Assembly: GCF_001194135.2 (NCBI RefSeq)
Contig: NC_068983.1
Location: 76,588,569-76,624,283, forward strand
Length of the DNA: 35,715 bases
Source of the DNA: Octopus bimaculoides
Lineage: Eukaryota
Direction of reading: 5' to 3'
The position numbers and the translations under genes were made by a program. Of the stretch, positions 11,094-22,720 are shown one piece after another; the stretch's first letter is position 1, and every line of letters starts with the position of its first letter. The notes below the pieces were generated by a model that saw only the letters and a list, made by a program, of their open reading frames with translations, was not told where the DNA came from and made no database searches.

Positions 11094-11854
11094 CATACGT
11101 ACATAGATTCATACATATATGCATAATTTCATGCATATAGATCCGTTGGTTTGGGGCTTGTTTATTTGTGCTCAAGTGATATAAGCGATATATATATGCA
11201 GAGAGGATAAACGTGTTAGCATGTATACGTTTTAATTCCTCCAAGTTATATGACAGTGTGAGCTTATTGGCTTGATTTTAATTTGTTTATGATATCATTA
11301 TGCACATGCGCGTTTTTCTCGAGTTTGTCACCTGTCTGCATTCGTGTCTCTAGGTTTTAATCGTAATTTCAGAGGATCAGTGTGAAAATGTCATAGTTGT
11401 GTTAAAGGGAGTGTTTGTTCGTACGTATGTGTTCCACAGATATGCGTATGTATATGCTTTTTTATATCTCTGACGTCTATATGCGCGTGCCATTTAGATA
11501 TATGCATGGGTTTGCTACCCCTTTGAATTGGAGGCTAGTCGTGTAGAGATGGAGGTAAATATATGTATACGTTTGGCACTGTTTACAGTGTGTGTGTATA
11601 TGAATATATATGACATGTCTATATTGTTTTTGCTATTATTTGTCATTCTGTATGTTTCATTGTCGTGTGTCTTGACTCTTGTGTGTCGGAACGGATGTAA
11701 TATGTATGATTATACGCATGTATCTATTCTGTTTGCGTGTACTTTGTACGCCTACGAGTGTGACAAGATGTTTTTTTTTTTTTACTTAACTTGAAGATGA
11801 GAAGTCGTGATACATTCATCAGGGCTAAACTAAGCACGAGTTGTGTAAACATTC

Positions 11855-11885
11855 GCAGCGGAAGTGACGTAAGACAGGTGACTTT
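11855..11885 (+). promoter_or_regulatory. ETS-CRE-like composite motif (GCGGAAGTGACGT) with adjacent CAGGTG
   Basis: gcagcggaagtgacgtaagacaggtgac sits in a small CpG-rich patch. Motif evidence only. Confidence 0.3.
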
Positions 11886-12751
11886 TCGTCGAGACGAATT
11901 TCTTTAAAGTTTTGAGTAAAAGTGTTGCAAATTATCCAAATTATAGTGAAAAACATTGGGTGAAAAGTAATCTGAAGATACGATCACTGATGGTGTATTT
12001 ATGCAGATAAAATCCTAGTTCATCTGATGGTATGGTATGGGAAGGAAAATGGTTGCAGTAGAAGCAAAAGAAAATATCAAATTTAGATTAGGCGAAATTG
12101 TTAGTGTATTACCTTCAGATGTATACGTCACTTAATTATAGCCGTATAAAGTACATGCTAAAGGAAGTAGGGTAAGGTGAAGTTTCTAAACCGCCAAATT
12201 TGATGAAATTTTGTAAAACGAGAATGCAGTCATTATGACGGAATGATAAGGAAAATAGACTTGACTTTTAAAGTGACTAAAAGTTGGGGAAGATTAAGTG
12301 AAAGTGGAATGTGATGAAAATTTGGAGAGCATAATTATTGTAAAAAAAAGACGGAAAGTAAGCTGGTGGTAGATGACGAGATAGGGCTGTTATGGCTGTT
12401 GGACTTGTATATTTAGGAGCGAAGGTGCATGAAGTGACGAATGAAGTTGGTTGATGCGGATGCATGAGAGAAGAGGAATCTACTGGCAGTAGAAGACATG
12501 AATATATGTTTATATGTCATGGCACTATATAAAAACCAGGTCCACATGTAATTAAGTAAGAGAAAATCAAGAATATAGCCTAACTAATTAAATGTTTCCT
12601 CCTTCACATCATTCATTGCACCTAGTTTCAAGGAAAGGAAAGAAAAAGTGGTGAGATCAGATTTCAAAGACTCGATAACTTACGGAAGACTGGACAAAAA
12701 GCCAATATATTTGCGGATACGTTTGTCATTAAAGAACTATGTGATACATAC

Positions 12752-13083
12752 TTAGTACGTGGTATTAAGACATGGGAGATAATATTCTGTGAAGTACGCG
12801 AATGTTATATTACAGATTTTTGCACTCCCGTGTAAAAAAATCATAGTGTTAGTATATATTTCCCTTAAGCTTCCAACATAGACGAATATATGGATTTCAT
12901 CCTTCCACACAAGACTATAATCTATAGTGCATGGTCCCGTAAATCGATGCGAAGCGATGGTACCATTGTTTCGATAAAAAGCTTCAGTTACACCGACTTG
13001 TTTGTGCTCAACCCCATCGATATGCATCTGGGACTTGTGCCTTCTACTAGTGGCCTGTATTAATTAATTTCTTATCAGTGAAT
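12752..13083 (-). CDS. Candidate orphan exon containing a 91-aa ORF (12752-13027), product unknown
   Basis: Strong acceptor ctattttgtttcctttctccag|A at 13084/13083. There are 103 open codons of non-repetitive sequence with purine-rich first positions and three N-x-T sequons. GTATGT directly follows the TAA. I recognise no homology. Confidence 0.3.
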
Positions 13084-14213
13084 CTGGAGAAAGGAAACAA
13101 AATAGTAACCCGTTGTATACATACGTGTAAGCAACATGCGTAAAAGAGGCCGATTTGACCGACTAAACTCCACAATACATTACACAAACAAAGCTGCAAC
13201 CTAATAACAGAAACAAATATAAAACCAACACAATAATAGATTATGTTTTTATTGATCACAAATTTAATAAATTACATTTTCCCCATTAGTCGTTATGATA
13301 ACCATGACTTGAAATCTATTTATTATGATAACAAAACAATCTACTTTTGCTATATTCCTCTATTATATGAAATTCAAGCTCAAAAATATCCTACTGTAGT
13401 GATTCTCAGTTTAGATTTTAAAACGAAAAATTAAAACCGTTTGGTCTTCTATTGTAGAACACTAAATAATTGGGTTTATGCCAGCATATTTAAAATTAGT
13501 ATGTTACTGACACATTCATTTTAGTTAGAAGGCAAGGAATGTTGGTATGTAAAGATGTGAGAATTTCAACTCAAAGTAAAAACGGAATTCTCTCGATATA
13601 CTAGGATATCTGTATCTAGTATATTTTCTTAAACGAGTAAAATAGATCGTAATCGCAAAGTCGAACTGTAGGAACAATACGAACTATTGTTAATGATTCG
13701 ACTAGCTAAACTGTTGATTGGTATTCTATAGTATTATCGATAAATGTAACATTCTTGAAGATAGATCACACATACACACACGCAGTTAGTTGCAAATATA
13801 CACCAACGGCTATCAATCATTCAGGCACACCTGCATCTGAACATGTGAAATTATTAATGCAGATGTTGCTGCCATTTAATTCGATAAAATATTAAATGTG
13901 TGAAGTGATGTGTGAATGTATGTGTTACAATACTGGCCTATTTTACGGAAACATTTTACATCTAAAATTATCAGTTTTATTGAAGGCGGCATTGCTTTTG
14001 TTTTGGCCAACTAAATGAATTCTATATTTCACACTACAGACATACGCATTCACAGGCGCACAAAACACACATACGCAGGGACGTATGGAAGTATGTATGC
14101 ATATATGTGTGAATATATATACATTCATACATATACATACAGATATATATATATACATATATATAAATATATATATTTATATACATACACATACATACAC
14201 ATATATATATATA

Positions 14214-14713
14214 CAGAGATGCCTATAATAGGACATCTAACCCGCTAGAAAGAGCAGCAAAAAACTCTATACCACAAAAATAGGGATAATTTCGAAAGAG
14301 AATGAAAAATAAAAACTTTTACCAGTCTATACTCTGTACCATGGTTTCAAGTTATTTAGCAAGATAAAAATATATCTTACTTGGGTAATTTTCTTCAGCA
14401 GAGTACCGCGAACACGCGAGTAAACACGAGTCATAGGGAAACACGACACGCGTAAATTTTTTTTGCTGCCCTATGATTTAATAATGATAATATATTTTTT
14501 GGCTAATTTCTGAGGGAAAATTGGCATTTATTTTATATTTACTGCCGATAAGATATTTTTATCTTGCTAAATAACTTGAAACCATGGTACAGAGTATAGA
14601 CTGGTAATTTTTTTTATTTTTCATTCTCTTTCGAAATTATCCCTATTTTTGGCGGTATAGAATTTTTTGCTGCTCTTACTAGCGGGTTAGATGTTCTATT
14701 ATAGGCATCCCTG
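14214..14713. mobile_element. 500-bp MITE with ~165-bp terminal inverted repeats, TA-flanked (Tc1/mariner type)
   Basis: ta|CAGAGATGCCTATAATAGGACATCTAACCCGCTAG ... CTAGCGGGTTAGATGTTCTATTATAGGCATCCCTG|ta. Arms ~14214-14378 and ~14549-14713; no coding capacity. Confidence 0.9.
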
Positions 14714-14799
14714 TATTTTAATGAATAATATATATATAGTCTACTGAATAATTTTTATTCTCGCTGGACCACTGGCGTTAAATTAAATTTCTAAAAATG

Positions 14800-15089
14800 T
14801 TTTGCTTCCCTATGATTTATTAATGATAATATATTTTTGGGCTAATTTCTGAAGGAAAATCGGCATTTATTTTATATTTACTGCCGATAAGTTAAAGCGC
14901 ACATGCGCGGTATAGTTTGAAAAATTAAGCGTGTAAACGCGGGTCGTGTTTCCCTATGACTCGTGTTTACTCGCTTGTTCGTGGTACTCTGCTGAAGAAA
15001 GTTTCCCAAGTAAGATATATTTCCATCTTGCTAAATAACTTGAAACCATGGTACAGAGTATAGACTGGTAAAAGTTTTTATTTTTCATT
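14800..15089. mobile_element. Partial second copy of the same MITE (internal segment plus a longer right arm running into the gap)
   Basis: 14807-14891 directly repeats 14468-14552 with a few mismatches; 14937-15089 is the reverse complement of ~14301-14453. Confidence 0.85.
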
Positions 15090-15648
15090 NNNNNNNNNNN
15101 NNNNNNNNNNNNNNNNNNNNNNNNNNNNNNNNNNNNNNNNNNNNNNNNNNNNNNNNNNNNNNNNNNNNNNNNNNNNNNNNNNNNNNNNNNNNNNNNNNNN
15201 NNNNNNNNNNNNNNNNNNNNNNNNNNNNNNNNNNNNNNNNNNNNNNNNNNNNNNNNNNNNNNNNNNNNNNNNNNNNNNNNNNNNNNNNNNNNNNNNNNNN
15301 NNNNNNNNNNNNNNNNNNNNNNNNNNNNNNNNNNNNNNNNNNNNNNNNNNNNNNNNNNNNNNNNNNNNNNNNNNNNNNNNNNNNNNNNNNNNNNNNNNNN
15401 NNNNNNNNNNNNNNNNNNNNNNNNNNNNNNNNNNNNNNNNNNNNNNNNNNNNNNNNNNNNNNNNNNNNNNNNNNNNNNNNNNNNNNNNNNNNNNNNNNNN
15501 NNNNNNNNNNNNNNNNNNNNNNNNNNNNNNNNNNNNNNNNNNNNNNNNNNNNNNNNNNNNNNNNNNNNNNNNNNNNNNNNNNNNNNNNNNNNNNNNNNNN
15601 NNNNNNNNNNNNNNNNNNNNNNNNNNNNNNNNNNNNNNNNNNNNNNNN

Positions 15649-15678
<30 letters not shown>

Positions 15679-15679
<1 letters not shown>

Positions 15680-16336
15680 ACTACATATGTGGGAAATTCT
15701 GTCTGAAGGTGTGTTTGTGGAGTTGTTAGCTAACTCCTCCTCTATCGTTTTATCTGGCGGTGATAATGCTAGCTTTTTTTATTAAATTTGTTATAGGCCT
15801 GTGGCCTGGCCTTGGTGTAATTATTGATGATGCTGTTATGTAGCAGTCATGAATATATGCTGTTTTCTGCTAGGTATACATTCTTGGTTTTATCGCAAAA
15901 AGTGCATCTTTGGGGAACTTTTTATGTATTTGATATCATTTTTCAGTTTCTGTTGGAAAGTGTTAAAAGACTTTCGAAATTATATTCTGTTCATGAGCTT
16001 CAGTAGATCCGCTTCGAAGTTTTCCAAGCCTTTGATTTTGCAGGGAATTTCTTAGATTTAATACCGTAGAATATATTCTCTGTAGTGTCCTCTTACATGT
16101 TGTAAAAGAAAGCTTTCCATTTCATGCCCTTAATAAGGTCTGTAATTTTCTCCAAAAGTTTCTTAGAGTATAGTTCCCTTGATGGTATAGGTATGTTTTT
16201 CATAGAATAATCGGTGTAGTAGACGTCCATATTGAATTCTTCTGCGGGGGGGAGTCCTCAACCGATTTCTGGCGATTTTCCAAAATAGGCAGTATTAGCC
16301 CTTACGGATAATACACACACAAACACACACACACAC

Positions 16337-16376
<40 letters not shown>

Positions 16377-16747
16377 ACACACAGACACACACACATACAC
16401 ACACACACACACACATATATATAATAAGGGATAATATCTATCCAATATACTGCCGGAAAGAATACCCAATTATTATTACAATAGTGTTTTTACCAAGTGC
16501 ATTAAATGGGTGCGGGTAAAAGGCAATTTTACCCTTAATTCATATAGCAATAACAAAATGGAAGGTAAAATGTGTTATTCACCAACTTGCAGACATTGTT
16601 TTATGTCAATTTACCTGTTTATTTTTTAACTAAAAGGACAATAAAAGCAATATACAAACACATGTGAGGTATTATGTCATATCAGTAATTAAAAAGGACA
16701 TCTAGTGACCGGAGATGAGAAAATGTCTTACAGCTGTTTCAGTCTAG
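15679..16747 (-). mobile_element. Penelope-like element (PLE): pseudo-LTR part, 5' region and decayed N-terminal RT ORF
   Basis: From ATG 16230: MDVYYTDYSMKNIPIPSRELYSKKLLEKITDLIKGMKWKAFF*...LENFEADLLKLMNRI*FRK...FQQKLKNDIK...ADKT.NVY...LLHNSI. This matches the SMKNIP...MRWKA.F and ADKT motifs of PLE ORFs. Multiple stops and frameshifts. Confidence 0.85.
16313..16417. repeat. (CA)n microsatellite inside the PLE 5' region
   Basis: Read directly. Confidence 0.95.
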
Positions 16748-16749
16748 CA

Positions 16750-17212
16750 TACATAAATAAACATAAATAAATATATTTATATTTATTTTTATTTATGTAT
16801 ATCTATATATGTTGAACTATGCATATATATGTGAGTTTTTATGATTTTTTACATGTTTATATTTGGATATTGTAAATTAACTTCAAGAACTTTATAAAAT
16901 CTCTGAAGAGGCCTAGAGAATCATACATGTACCTCTATTTCATCCATTTCATCTATCAATTACTACAGCCTACTTGAGCTATATAGAGAGAATGAGGCAT
17001 ATCAAACCTAGACTGAAACAACTGTAAGACATTGTCCCATCTTCGGTCACTAGATGTCCTTTTTAGTTACTGATATGACATAATATGTCACATGTGTTTG
17101 TAAATTGTTTTTATTGACCTCTTAGTTGAAAAATAAACAGGTAAATTGACATAAGACAATGTCTGCAAGTTGATGAATACCATATATTCCCCCTCCATTT
17201 TCTTATTGGTAT
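16750..17212 (+). mobile_element. Inverted PLE pseudo-LTR copy
   Basis: 17008-17212 is the reverse complement of 16542-16747 (~205 bp, scattered mismatches). The 5' part carries the hammerhead core. Confidence 0.75.
16896..17033 (+). ncRNA. Degenerate minimal type I hammerhead ribozyme motif
   Basis: CTGAAGA at 16903-16909. Stem II GGCCTAG (16910-16916) / CTAGACT (17008-17014) pairs 6 of 7. GAAAC at 17015-17019, AACT loop (AGCT, palindromic, in the inverted copy), cleavage triplet GTA at 17024-17026. Stem I is TCT/AGA plus partial extension. Confidence 0.6.
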
Positions 17213-17267
17213 ATATATAAAATATAAACCTATATGTATATACACACACACACACACACACACACAA

Positions 17268-17305
<38 letters not shown>

Positions 17306-20300
17306 CATATATGCATACACACACGCACACACGATTTCACGCGCAAACACACATAAATGTGTGTGCGTGTGCGTGTGCGTGTCTGTATACACTGATTAGT
17401 TTATTTCCTCTCCATTACATTTTAAGTAATTTGTTTGGAAATAAGCGAATACTTATGTTATTTTTATTAATTGGTGATGATTGTGTTGAAACCTAGAGTA
17501 TTCAAACAGGAGCATACACACAACATTTTGAAATGGGGCATCTTGAGAGAAGGATGTCGCTGATAATATATTAAATAAAAAGCCAATTAGCCAACACATT
17601 TTGTTCATGACCAAACTAAAAATATCATTTGAATTAATTTTGAAAACATTTGTTATCTACGGATGACTTATTTCTTTGGTAATTGGCAGATAATAATTTC
17701 TCATTCACATATAGGTTGTCTGAATTATACTTCTCTACATTATTAGTGTTTAACGCCATAACTATCAATATTCATGCTTATATACACATTTAAATACACA
17801 TCCCTAACAAATAAATTCGTTTGCTAACAAAATGTAGAGACGCTTCTTAATCGCACGGATGAATTGCGAGAAATAGCCGCCAAACTTCTCTCAACTGATA
17901 AACTGAGCCTCCTCTACGTTATGTATAACCGGATAAACAATGCTTGAATAATAGAAGGGGTGATCTTCATTGAGATATTTTGCTTATAAACGTCTCCTCA
18001 GGTCTTCCTTCTAGCTAAACATTTGTTCCAAGATCCAACACATCAAATTGTTAGTATCACATTGCGAATAAAATAATTTCACTCCATTGTAGATTACTTT
18101 TGACTGATATCCCATTTCAAGTTTAACAGTAGTACGCCCTAAGTTTAAATATAAGGAACGCATATCAAATTAAAACCATTTTAAAATCATTTTTCTGTTT
18201 ATATAATATATTATGCCCTGTAATATTATCTTTGAAAATAATTGCGAATGGAATTGTGCTAGGAGAGTGCCATTTATTGTAAGGTAGCCGTTTTAAAAGA
18301 AGACTTTCTTGTTATGTAGAAATAGATCAAACCGTACAAAATGTAACTATGTACATCGTTGATCATTTTGCAAAAGAAATGAATACGAAATCTTTCTCAA
18401 ATCACATCTCATCGCCTTAAATAGGGAATCTATTAATAATATATAATATATAAAACAGCGGTGGCATATCTGTTGTTGGTATGCACTCCAACCTTTGAGG
18501 TGGGGTTAAATAATTCTGTACAGAAAGCGATACGCAATTCTCTGGTCATGTTGGAACATCACTTTAAGCATATAGCCAATTATTTATAACAATTCCGCCT
18601 TTCAAACGTTCTAATTCTATCAGCCTCTCGGGGATGAAATAAGATATTCAGGAAGTTGTGCTTTGAACTGAGAATGTAAATGCACGTAACGAAATAAGTA
18701 ATCGATTCTGGTACACACCGCTTTTAGCATCAATAAAAACCTAAACAACAATGAATATAAAATAAAATTGACAATGACAAGCTGATGTTTTAGACTTGCC
18801 AAATTTTCACAAATTATTATTGAGTTATTCGTATGTAGTAAGTTTCTTGAAGTAGTGATGACAAGCTGTTCAGCAAAAACATATTTATCTGGGTACAATA
18901 CATTTATTAGCTGCCATACATCTGAATGCCATGACTGTATCCTCTAAGCATTTAACAGAGCAACGACATTGATAAATAACAAAGCAATAATAGGAACATC
19001 GACTCTAGCAAGTCTATAAAGCCAACACATCAATCTAGTGTCACAAAACCTATAATAATATATCGTAAAGGTCAAGTCACTTATACACGATTATACTACA
19101 GTCTGCTTCAGTAGGAACACACGCACGCATACAAAAGCTAACATACACGTATGTTCACCGATAAATACAAAACATCGAAATATTCACATTCATAAACTCT
19201 CTTTAAAAACCATTCCTGTTAATTTCTAGAACTTACTATTAGACGAATTGATTATTTCCTGAAGAACATTCTCTCCAAACCATAATTATTGAATTTTAGT
19301 CTCCTTGTGCAGCACTGATGCACAAATTCTCTCACTCATTGCCAAATAAAATTTTCCAGTTGAGTGAAGAATATCTAAAAATATTTTCCTATTGTCTGAA
19401 GCAAATCACTCTTTTCAAAGTTGAAATAATGTAAAAGAGCTGAGTGGAAAATATTCACTGTTAACAGCGCATATATATTTGTTCAAATTCTGTCTTGCTT
19501 AAGGGTACTTTTTCAGATATTATAAAGGAAAGATGGTAGGAAGTCAGAATTATTATTGTTGTTAGATAGCCCTGATCGAGGATTAAGTTTCAGTTTTATG
19601 TTACCACATTTAAATATATCAAATTCTGTATTTCTCAACGTGCACTTCCTTTTAAAAATCTTCATTGTGTTATCAAAGAAATTTAGCTCCTATTTTAGCA
19701 CATTTACTAACTTCATACATAATTTAATCATTGGCTGCAACAATATGCAATACATGCAATCTTATATCATGAAACCGAAACTAATGTCATATGTTGTGTT
19801 CCTGCTGTATAAATACAGTGAGTGCATTTGTTGTTCATACTTTTATTGCTATTATCATGGTCGTTACTTATCGTGAAACAATTTCCATATTATTTGATTA
19901 AATATCACAAAACCTTATTCACAACTAATTATTATCGATACTGTATGGTAATGAGACACTATGCTGTTTTACTGAGATCATCTCACTTCATATTAAATAT
20001 TTTAGATCTTACATTGCTTTAAAGTTCTAATATTATATATACGGAAATATATTGATACAGTGTCTAAGTATATTTGCTGGTAACAGCGCAATATAGTATT
20101 TAAGCCGACAATGCTTGATGTCGAAATATGGGATCCGGTGCCCATCTTCTGAATGCACAATAATACCTCTACTTTCAATAAAACATGAGATTTTCATTGA
20201 GAAATTTGCTTAAAAGCAATATTGGTGCGCACAAATCATTATTCGTAGTAACACATATTATTGGGAAAGTACATCAACAGCTTCTCAGCTGAATAATGAT

Positions 20301-20477
20301 AAACGTGAAGACATCATTGATGCCAATATGAGTTGATGCTTGTGAATGATTATCATCAAACAGTCTAATCTTTGTCGCTCGGATATCAGATGCTATCGGT
20401 GTTGTTTTATATCGTTTGAGGCTGGTGACTTTGAGTTAACTTTAAGTTGAATATCTGGTCTCAAATATTTCAAATAT

Positions 20478-20505
20478 TTCTTCTTCTTCTTCTTCTTCTT
20501 CTTCT

Positions 20506-20552
<47 letters not shown>

Positions 20553-20686
20553 TTCTTCTTCTTCTTCTTCTTTTTCTTTTTCTTCTTCTTCTTCTTCTTC
20601 TTCTTCTTCTTCTTCTTCTTCTTCTTCTTCTTCTTCTTCGTCTTCTTCTTCTTCTTCTTCTTCTTTTTCTCCTCCTCCTCCTCTTC
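20478..20686. repeat. (CTT)n trinucleotide tract, ~200 bp, ending in (CCT)n
   Basis: Read directly; it explains the poly-K/L/R ORFs. Confidence 0.97.
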
Positions 20687-20854
20687 CCTAGCCAGATGTA
20701 TATATATTTGTGCGTGTGAGTTTGTGCATATAAACATACATACATAAATTTCATATAATATAACATATATATATATATATATAAGCAATGTTAATTCTCT
20801 AAATGAAGTATTAACAGTAACTGCACGATAAAGTGAAGTATATTGCCACTTAAG

Positions 20855-20981
20855 TGTGGCTGACCCCTAGGGGTGGATGTTACTGTTGCTTTTAGCCCCA
20901 GGACGACATCTCCTCCAGCTGGCTTATCGACACACTACTGTGTCCTGTTTGCCAAGGGAAGTTATATATAACTTATAAAAC
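20855..20981. mobile_element. Possible interspersed-repeat fragment at gap edge
   Basis: GC-richer island (gtggctgacccctagggg...tagccccaggacgacatctcctccagctggc) that looks like a retroposon segment; family not identified. Confidence 0.25.
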
Positions 20982-22569
20982 NNNNNNNNNNNNNNNNNNN
21001 NNNNNNNNNNNNNNNNNNNNNNNNNNNNNNNNNNNNNNNNNNNNNNNNNNNNNNNNNNNNNNNNNNNNNNNNNNNNNNNNNNNNNNNNNNNNNNNNNNNN
21101 NNNNNNNNNNNNNNNNNNNNNNNNNNNNNNNNNNNNNNNNNNNNNNNNNNNNNNNNNNNNNNNNNNNNNNNNNNNNNNNNNNNNNNNNNNNNNNNNNNNN
21201 NNNNNNNNNNNNNNNNNNNNNNNNNNNNTATATATATACACACACACCTGAATTCATGCAAAAACACTTACACACACACACACACAGAGGCAAAGATCAT
21301 CGGAGAAAAGCTACTATATTTCAAATTTTGTCTTTTATATTACCTTGATTCATATGTCAGAAGATGAAGTTTTAATTCCTGTGAATTTATTTGATTAATT
21401 TTCTTTCTATTCACATCTGTTACAAATGCTAGATCTGAGAATCATTGATTATGTTGCATAATTATCACATTTAAATATTACAACTGAATGTTTAATTCAA
21501 AACGGAGACCTTTTCTTTAGACTTACTTAGTATTTAGCGCTGCACGCTCCCTAACCTTCTACATAACACTGTTTTACCATTCACTTTTGTATTGCTTACG
21601 GTATCACCATGGCCATTTCCATGTTGTTAAGACTTTTCCTTTCAAATCTCATGAATTATTCCTCGGTATCTGGGAAGGTCTCTAATAGAATAGTCTCTGT
21701 CTTCCCATATTTGTTATCAATTAAATTGGGTTGGTGTTTGCTTGACTGTCTTTGGGAGATTTCGGACGAAAGATCTGGTTTGAGAAAAATCAATACACTA
21801 ATGTCTTCATTCGCAGCTAAAGTTTCATTAAAGATATGGTTTCTTCTTTCTTACACAAATCGTGTGCTTACAGAAATTATTATGGATGATATTCTGACAA
21901 ATTTGTCAAGCGATTAGCAATATTCAGGCTCCGACAAACTCTTAATTAATGGAATTATAAACTATTAAGGGAATTTATTTCATTACCATTTACATTGAGA
22001 CATTAAATATAGTAAAGTAAACGTCGTTTTTGCTGTTGTTTAGCTGCTTGTACAAACATTCTCAGCCCATTGAGTACACATATAATACCAGCTCTTCATT
22101 CCTTGTTCTCTAGGGACGAAGTTTTTCTGACTAAATTCACTAGTTGTCTCCTTTATTTTATGAATGGAATTCAGTGTGAATGGAGGGCATAGTGCTGAGT
22201 ATTTATACAAGTCCAAGTGATCACGAGGGGTCTGAAGCTTTAATTATAGTCAGTACGATCATTGGCTTTCCAAAACTGTATTGCATGCATTGCGTATAAG
22301 TTTATGGAAAATACTAAAAAATCAGAAACTGACATCTATTGTGCATCATGAATGCTGTTTGTGTTTCAGATTGGTTATAACATTTACTCAGCACCATACG
22401 ATGTTGTATTTTCGTTACTGGCCATTTTCCTATGTGTGCCAGAAGGAATATTAATATATGAGCCCGTGTGTGTCTACATTTATTTCCCTAATGATGATTA
22501 CATACATAGGATTGTGTGTAAATGTGAGAAATGTTATCTATCATTCTATCAATCAACCAGTATAAATGC

Positions 22570-22720
22570 ATGCATAGAGCGAGTAAGATGTTCGCATCCC
22601 AAATATGAGATCACAGGTTCGATACCACTACACAATATATTGGACATATGCCTAGTATCATAGAGATATGTCGACCAAAGCGTTATAAGTACAATCGAGA
22701 TTAAACTTTCTGAAAGCTTG
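22570..22720 (+). mobile_element. Old tRNA-derived SINE relic
   Basis: B-box-like GGTTCGATACC at 22616-22626 and gtcgaccaaagc; colinear with the head of the SINE at 24235-24759. Confidence 0.6.

Noticed and set aside
17828-18070. NVETLLNRTDELREIAAKL... peptide reminiscent of a LINE endonuclease start
   Set aside because: It is broken by stops and only one weak motif matches.
18620-18898. 92-aa minus-strand ORF
   Set aside because: No domain, no clear splice sites and a non-ATG start.
21609-21917. 102-aa plus ORF and ~60-codon minus open frame
   Set aside because: Possibly a coding relic, but I cannot assign strand or family.
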